DNA of 64,000 nucleotides from Candidatus Eiseniibacteriota bacterium. Its GTDB lineage: Bacteria; Eisenbacteria; RBG-16-71-46; CAZAMP01. Positions 58,760 to 64,000 of this stretch are shown piece by piece; within the stretch, counting starts at the first letter, position 1; the number at the start of each line of letters is the position of its first letter. Under the pieces are notes generated by a model. It did no database searches, was not told where the DNA came from, and was given only the letters and a program-made list of their open reading frames with translations. The translations under genes were made by a program, and so were the position numbers. The stretch covers positions 6,368,001-6,432,000 of the forward strand of contig OZ245046.1 of NCBI GenBank assembly GCA_965224245.1. The letters run 5' to 3'.

Positions 58760-59356
58760 ATGAAGAGGATGCAAACAGCGACCGGCGTGAAGGCAGTCGC
58801 GGGGATTCTGGCGTTCGGAATCTGGATGGTTCGGCCAGGTGAGGTGGTCGCGCACTGTGATTCGCTGGATGGTCCCGTGGTCCTGGAGGCCAAGGCAGCT
58901 CTCGTCTCGGGCGACGTCACGCCCATCCTGAAATGGGTGAAGGAGGAGCACGAAGCTGAGGTCCGCATCGCCTTTGAGAAGTGCGTCGCCGTGAGGTCTA
59001 TGGGCGCGGAGCCGGCCGAACTGGCCGACATGTACTTGTTCGAAACTCTGGTGAGACTGCATCGAGAAGGTGAAGGTGCGCCTTACACCGGCCTGAAGCA
59101 CGCGGGCGGGATAGAGCCGATCGTGGCTGCCGCCGACGAGGCCATCGATGCCGGCGGCGTGGATGATCTCGCTGAGAGAATCGGGCAGGCGGCCGAGCAC
59201 GGTGTTCGAGAGCGCTTCGAGAGTCTGATGGAGGCACGCGAGCACGAGGACGAATCGGTTGAGGCGGGGCGCGCGTACGTGGAGGCGTACGTGGAGTTCG
59301 TGCACTTCGTGGAAGCCCTCCACGATGCGGTTGCTCGCGGATTGGAGCACCACTGA
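58760..59356 (+). CDS. DUF6448-like exported helical protein with mature N-terminal HCD motif
   Basis: RBS GAGGAGG; signal peptide ending VVA then HCDSLDGPVV; LKWV, FETLVRLHR.GEGAPYTGLK, GRAYVEAYVEF.H. Confidence 0.85.
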   Translation: MKRMQTATGVKAVAGILAFGIWMVRPGEVVAHCDSLDGPVVLEAKAALVSGDVTPILKWVKEEHEAEVRIAFEKCVAVRSMGAEPAELADMYLFETLVRLHREGEGAPYTGLKHAGGIEPIVAAADEAIDAGGVDDLAERIGQAAEHGVRERFESLMEAREHEDESVEAGRAYVEAYVEFVHFVEALHDAVARGLEHH

Positions 59357-59487
59357 GACGCGCATGCCGTGCAGCGCACAGCGGCACAGTGGTCGGCGGC
59401 GACCATGCGACCGCCCAGGGGCAGGTGAGGGTCTCCGAGCGGGCTCGGTCCATCCACCAGGCACCTTCCGGTAAGCCCGTTCGCGCG

Positions 59488-60324
59488 CTACGCGTGACCA
59501 TTCGCCAGGGAATTGACCCTGGATCTGAACTCGGCGAGCGAGGAATCACACTGGGCGAAGATGTCCTGGACTCTGGCGAAATCGAGCAGCTCCACGTTGT
59601 GAAGGGTGGGGCACACCAGAAGGTCGGGCGACCGTTGGCGCAATCTCTGATCGAGGAGCGTCTTCTGCAGGATGTCGATGGCGCCGGCCGAGGCCTCGAG
59701 GCTCGACGGCGCCTCCTCGCTCTCGGGAGTGCGTGCTCCGGCCGCATTGATCGCGATCGTGACGTCACAGTGATCGAGCAAGTGGTCGTAAGGCAGCTCG
59801 TTGACGAGACCGCCGTCGACGAGGATCCGCCCGTCGAGCTTGCAGGGGGAGACGAGCCCCGGGATCGAGATACTCGCCCGGATCGCGGTCAGCAGATCCC
59901 CCTCTTCGATGACGACCTCTTCCGCTCGCCAGAAATCCGTCGCCACGATCGATAGTGGGATCTTCAGGTCGGCGAAAGTCTTCCCGGCGAGTGGCTCGAG
60001 CAGATGCTGCAAGAGGCGGTCGACATCGACGAGGCCACTTCGCCCGAGCCGGAGCCTCGACCGTGTGAGGATCTCGAGTATCGTGAGGATCTTGCGGAAC
60101 GCCCGGCGCAGCGATGCCGGTTCGATGAAGTCGTACTGCTCCACGAGCCGCCTGATCTCCGCGCCGGATCGCCCCGCGGCATAGAGGGCGCCCATGATTG
60201 CGCCCATGCTGCAGCCGGCGATCGTTGACGGCTGGATTCCGAGCTCGTCCAGCGCTTCGAGGTATCTGATGTGTGCGAAGCCGCGCGCCCCGCCCCCACC
60301 GAGCGCCAACCCGATTCGTTTCAC
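59488..60324 (-). CDS. Patatin-like phospholipase (RssA/NTE type)
   Basis: LALGGGGARG, GCSMG, RASISIPG, LVDGG. Confidence 0.93.
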   Translation of the reverse strand: MKRIGLALGGGGARGFAHIRYLEALDELGIQPSTIAGCSMGAIMGALYAAGRSGAEIRRLVEQYDFIEPASLRRAFRKILTILEILTRSRLRLGRSGLVDVDRLLQHLLEPLAGKTFADLKIPLSIVATDFWRAEEVVIEEGDLLTAIRASISIPGLVSPCKLDGRILVDGGLVNELPYDHLLDHCDVTIAINAAGARTPESEEAPSSLEASAGAIDILQKTLLDQRLRQRSPDLLVCPTLHNVELLDFARVQDIFAQCDSSLAEFRSRVNSLANGHA

Positions 60325-60506
60325 TTGGTACTATCCATGCTAAGCGCTAGCGGCGAACGCGACTCGCGCTTCCGGCAGGCCTTGCGATCTCGTTCCCGGA
60401 CCTTATCGCGATGCGACACTCCCGGATCCTCGCATGAACGGTCCGCCAGGAGAAGCCAGGACGTACCTCAGCCGAGTGGGTACGGGTAAAGCCAGATCAA
60501 GGCTCG

Positions 60507-61898
60507 TTACTGGTCGTCGTCATCGGTTGCGTCCAGCGCGCGCATCATGTCGTCGTGGCGCGTGAACTTCACGCGTGGACGCCCTTCGCGCGCGCCCCGT
60601 GCGATCTCACGCCGGTCGAGAAGCTGCCAGTCGGCGTAGTGCACGACGCGGACGCCGCGCGCCTCGAGCATGTCCAGAAAGGCATCGGCGTCCGCGGGGA
60701 GCGACGGCACGAGCCCGTCCCTCAGAAGGTCCTCGCGCACCGCCTCGACGGTCTCGGCCGCGTCGGCCTTGTTCGTCCCGATCAGCCCGCGTGGGCCCCG
60801 CTTCGCCCAGCCGACGACGAACTCGCGGGGAACAGGATCTCCGTCTGCCGACACGACCCGTCCGGCGTGGTTTCGGATCGCCGCCCGATCGGTGTCGAAC
60901 GGCACGCCCGGGATCGGGACCGACCGATACCCGATCGCGCGAACCACCTTCGTCACCTCGAGGATCGACTCCTCGTCGGTCGCCCGCACGGTGCTCGTGC
61001 CGTCCTCGGCGTAGAGGATCTCGTTCCGGCACACGCGAAGTGAAGACACGCACCCATTCCGGCCCAGCACCTCGATCGGCGAGGTCAGAAAGCGAAAGCG
61101 GATGCAACGCGCGTTCCGGCGCGGTCGCGTGCGAAAGCCCCGGAGGATCTCGAGGTTCTTCGCAGCGACCGGGTCGGCGTCTCTCATGTGCTCCTGGCGC
61201 CGGCTGAGCACGAGGTCGCGCTCGTCGACGAGCACGTCGACGTCATCGATCGCTCCCAGCTCGGCGAGCTCGGACGGCGTGCACTTGGCCTCGAGCACCC
61301 CACGACGCGCGAGCACGTGGATGTCGGTCACGTCGCTCTCGCGCAGCCGCTCGAGGGCCGGATCGGCGATGTCGGTGCGCCCCAGCGTATGCGTGGAGGT
61401 GGCGAGGATTCGCGCCACGTCGATGGCCACGTTTCCGATGCCGACGATCGCAATCTGACGATCGTGCAGATCTAGCGCGAAGTCGCCGTAATCCGGATGA
61501 CCGTTGTACCACGCCACGAACGTCGTGGATGCCAGACATCCCGCGAGCTCTTCGCCGGGGATGCCGAGCTGCCGGTCCGCTTCCGCTCCGACGGCGTAGA
61601 TCACCGCATCGTAGAACCGATGTAGATCCGCCGCCGTGACGTCGCGACCGACGGTCACGTTGGCGATCAACCGGACGCGCGGGTCGGCCGCGACCTTCTC
61701 GTAGACGCGCGTGACGTTCTTGATCTTCGGATGGTCGGGTGCCACACCGTAGCGGACGAGACCGAACGGCGTGGGAAGTCGCTCGATCAGATCGACGTCC
61801 ATGTCGAGGTCGGGGAGCCGGCGAAGCGCGCTGGCCGCGTAGAAGCCGGCGGGTCCCGCGCCGACGATGGCGATCCGGTAGGGTCGTGTCGAAGCCAT
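60507..61898 (-). CDS. fprA: Ferredoxin--NADP+ reductase (adrenodoxin reductase/FprA type)
   Basis: VGAGPAGFY, ERLPTPFGLVRYGVAPDH, FVAWYNGHP, GIGNVAIDVAR, GWAKRGPRGLIGTNK, RPRVKF. Confidence 0.93.
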   Translation of the reverse strand: MASTRPYRIAIVGAGPAGFYAASALRRLPDLDMDVDLIERLPTPFGLVRYGVAPDHPKIKNVTRVYEKVAADPRVRLIANVTVGRDVTAADLHRFYDAVIYAVGAEADRQLGIPGEELAGCLASTTFVAWYNGHPDYGDFALDLHDRQIAIVGIGNVAIDVARILATSTHTLGRTDIADPALERLRESDVTDIHVLARRGVLEAKCTPSELAELGAIDDVDVLVDERDLVLSRRQEHMRDADPVAAKNLEILRGFRTRPRRNARCIRFRFLTSPIEVLGRNGCVSSLRVCRNEILYAEDGTSTVRATDEESILEVTKVVRAIGYRSVPIPGVPFDTDRAAIRNHAGRVVSADGDPVPREFVVGWAKRGPRGLIGTNKADAAETVEAVREDLLRDGLVPSLPADADAFLDMLEARGVRVVHYADWQLLDRREIARGAREGRPRVKFTRHDDMMRALDATDDDDQ

Positions 61899-62243
61899 CT
61901 CGCGCCTCTTGCCTCGGGGTCGTCGTCGATGGTCGCCAGCCTAGCAAGGCCGTCGGCCGGGGGTCCAGGGAGCTGGAGAGGGTTTGCCGTGTCGGGCGGC
62001 TTCAACCGGACACCGTGGACTCCCGGCATGGGTCACGGGCGCCGTCTGGAGCACAGGTGAGCGAGAGATCCTGTGGAGCCCAAAAGACGCTACAATCCAG
62101 GCATGCCGATCACCCGAAAGGGGCGTCATCCAGCCAGCCGACGTGGGTGCCCATGCAGATGAGACCCGACGTGTTCCGGTGGTCCGGACGGCGAACAGCA
62201 ACCTGAAGCGAGGCGGTATGCGGGACCCGGTACCGACAGGCAC

Positions 62244-64000
62244 ATGAAGTCGCTGGAGATTCCGTATCCGGCGCGAGCGCTCTCGATCTCGATTCCGGTC
62301 TGCGCTCTGGCCCTGACACACACCGGGGCGCTGGCGCAGGACTGCCCGATCGGAAGTCGGATCGCCTCCTACCAGTTCTCCGGCATCGACCACGCTCGGA
62401 CGCTCGATCGCATCGACGCCGTCGACTACCTGGTGTGGGGGGGCGACTCACGCGTTCAAACCAGAGACCCCGACACCTTCGACCCGTGGGAGTACCACGA
62501 CATGACCGGCATCCCGCACTCGATGACGCTGGCGCCGTGGCGCGCGACGTCCTCCTGGGAGGCCGTGGTCGTTCTCTCTCACGAGAACGCGTATCTGGAT
62601 CTGGTGGGCATCGATCAGTTCGGCACCTTCGGAGCCGGGTTCAGCGGCGTCTATCTGGGCAGAGGCGGCTCCTGCGTCGACGACATCGCACCCGCCTTCT
62701 TGCATCGATACGAACATACCTCCGACGCATGGCGCGCGCTCAACGACGGTCTAACCGGGATCCTGTACGTCGGAACGCGGCACGGGCCCGAGTGCGCGCC
62801 CCACGACACGGGAAACAAGGTCTACTCGGTGAGGCTGGACGACGGCGTGAAGCTCGATGCCTTCAACTGGGACGGCACCGACGGAGAGGTGGACGACATC
62901 CAGGGCATGGTCCTCGATCCCATCGAGGATGTGCTGTACGTCACCACGGAACAGTCGGACGCCTTGCAGAACAGCCTGTGGGCGCTCGACGTGAGAACCA
63001 TCTCGCCCTCGGAGCGCTTCAGCGTGAACGCCGGGCGCATCCGGGCGGCCCCCGTCCTGCGCAGCGGACGCCTCTATACCGTCAGCCTCGTCGACGGCGT
63101 GTCCGCGCGAGACCCCGCGGACGGTACGGTGATCTGGTCGATCACGACGCCCGGGTTCATCCCCGTCCAGTCGAATTTCCTGGCTCCGCTGACCCCGCCG
63201 TATCACGACGCCCTCATCGTCCAGGACTTCTTCGGCGACGTGCATCTCGCCCGCGATGAAGGCTCTTCAGGAAGCTGGGAGTGGTCGGCGATCATCCCGG
63301 GCGACGGCCAGCCGCCCCGGGGCCTCCTGACGTTCGACCCGGTCGCGGGCGCCATCTACGCCCCGGACGATTCGGGACTCATCTACCAGATCGATGCCGC
63401 GGATGGCGCGATCGTGACCTCGTTCGCCGCCGACAGTACTGGAGGCTTGCCGACTGCCGTACAGCTCGACTGGCCGCTCGAGGACGGTGAGCAGGTGGAG
63501 ATGCTCGTGGCGACCGACGACGGGACGGTCGCCCGGCTCTGCGTCGCCGACGGCGGCATGCTCCAGAACGGGCTCGGGCCACCCGAGCGTGGCGAGCACT
63601 GGGTGGGCTACTCGTCGTACCACGACACCGACACCGGAACGTCGAACGTGATCCTGCATCCGCTCGACGTCGCCGGACCGACGCTCCTCACGTTCTTCGA
63701 GGCAACCGCGACCGGAGTCGGTCCCTGTGATCTCGGCCGGGGTCCGACGCCGTGCCTGGAACAGATGACGTTCTTCATCATGGGGTGGGACGCGGGCGCA
63801 ATCGAGGGGGATCCCACCGACCCCGAGGCTCCCGGGAAGCTCTTTCACGTGGACGTGACCAGCCGACTCACGCTCGTCCGGGGGACGGGCTACACACGCT
63901 ACGGCGGCGGAGACCTCATCGAGACGGCGCTCCTCAGCTTCGACCTCACGGGTCTCGGCCTCGTCCTGCCCTCCGCTGGCGGCAGCGTCGCGCTCATGGG
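62244..64000 (+). CDS. PQQ-like beta-propeller secreted protein, partial (runs off the window); paralog of 20109-22253
   Basis: Absent from the ORF track because no stop occurs in the window. My translation: MKSLEIPYPARALSISIPVCALALTHTGALAQDC...PPYHDALIVQDFFGDVHLARD...NGLGP...SSYHDTDT...GPCDLGRGPTPC...PGKLFHVDVT. Confidence 0.85.
   Translation, partial: MKSLEIPYPARALSISIPVCALALTHTGALAQDCPIGSRIASYQFSGIDHARTLDRIDAVDYLVWGGDSRVQTRDPDTFDPWEYHDMTGIPHSMTLAPWRATSSWEAVVVLSHENAYLDLVGIDQFGTFGAGFSGVYLGRGGSCVDDIAPAFLHRYEHTSDAWRALNDGLTGILYVGTRHGPECAPHDTGNKVYSVRLDDGVKLDAFNWDGTDGEVDDIQGMVLDPIEDVLYVTTEQSDALQNSLWALDVRTISPSERFSVNAGRIRAAPVLRSGRLYTVSLVDGVSARDPADGTVIWSITTPGFIPVQSNFLAPLTPPYHDALIVQDFFGDVHLARDEGSSGSWEWSAIIPGDGQPPRGLLTFDPVAGAIYAPDDSGLIYQIDAADGAIVTSFAADSTGGLPTAVQLDWPLEDGEQVEMLVATDDGTVARLCVADGGMLQNGLGPPERGEHWVGYSSYHDTDTGTSNVILHPLDVAGPTLLTFFEATATGVGPCDLGRGPTPCLEQMTFFIMGWDAGAIEGDPTDPEAPGKLFHVDVTSRLTLVRGTGYTRYGGGDLIETALLSFDLTGLGLVLPSAGGSVALM

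Overview
This is a high-GC (roughly two-thirds by eye) bacterial accessory region with about 43 real genes and no rRNA, tRNA or CRISPR. It is dominated by secreted or surface proteins. Fifteen intact genes end in a FlgD-Ig/T9SS-type-A-like C-terminal domain (PNPF...I(Y/F)D..GRLVR.L...WDG.D..G..V.SGVY); their cargo includes C25, S8, M28 and C39-like peptidases and LVIVD, FG-GAP and PQQ propeller proteins. Five other signal-peptide proteins instead end in a short P[VA]xxx[ST]WGxLKxxY tail. This style points, by inference only, to an FCB-group candidate lineage such as Eisenbacteria, Krumholzibacteriota or Latescibacterota. The best candidates for undescribed biology are: (1) a two-gene module present twice, made of a tiny CTD-bearing 'adaptor' followed by a CTD-less tail-fibre-like protein with a conserved N-terminal domain and swapped C-terminal domains; (2) the 'TWG' tail as a second sorting signal, mutually exclusive with the Ig-CTD; (3) an ArsR-HTH fused to an M29 aminopeptidase domain that appears to have lost all its metal ligands (pseudo-enzyme sensor); (4) an orphan IS110-like left end (bridge-RNA-type non-coding region) without its transposase. 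Several intergenic spacers carry gene shards. All family calls come from motif recognition by eye, with no database searches, and several start codons were re-chosen from RBS and signal-peptide context.
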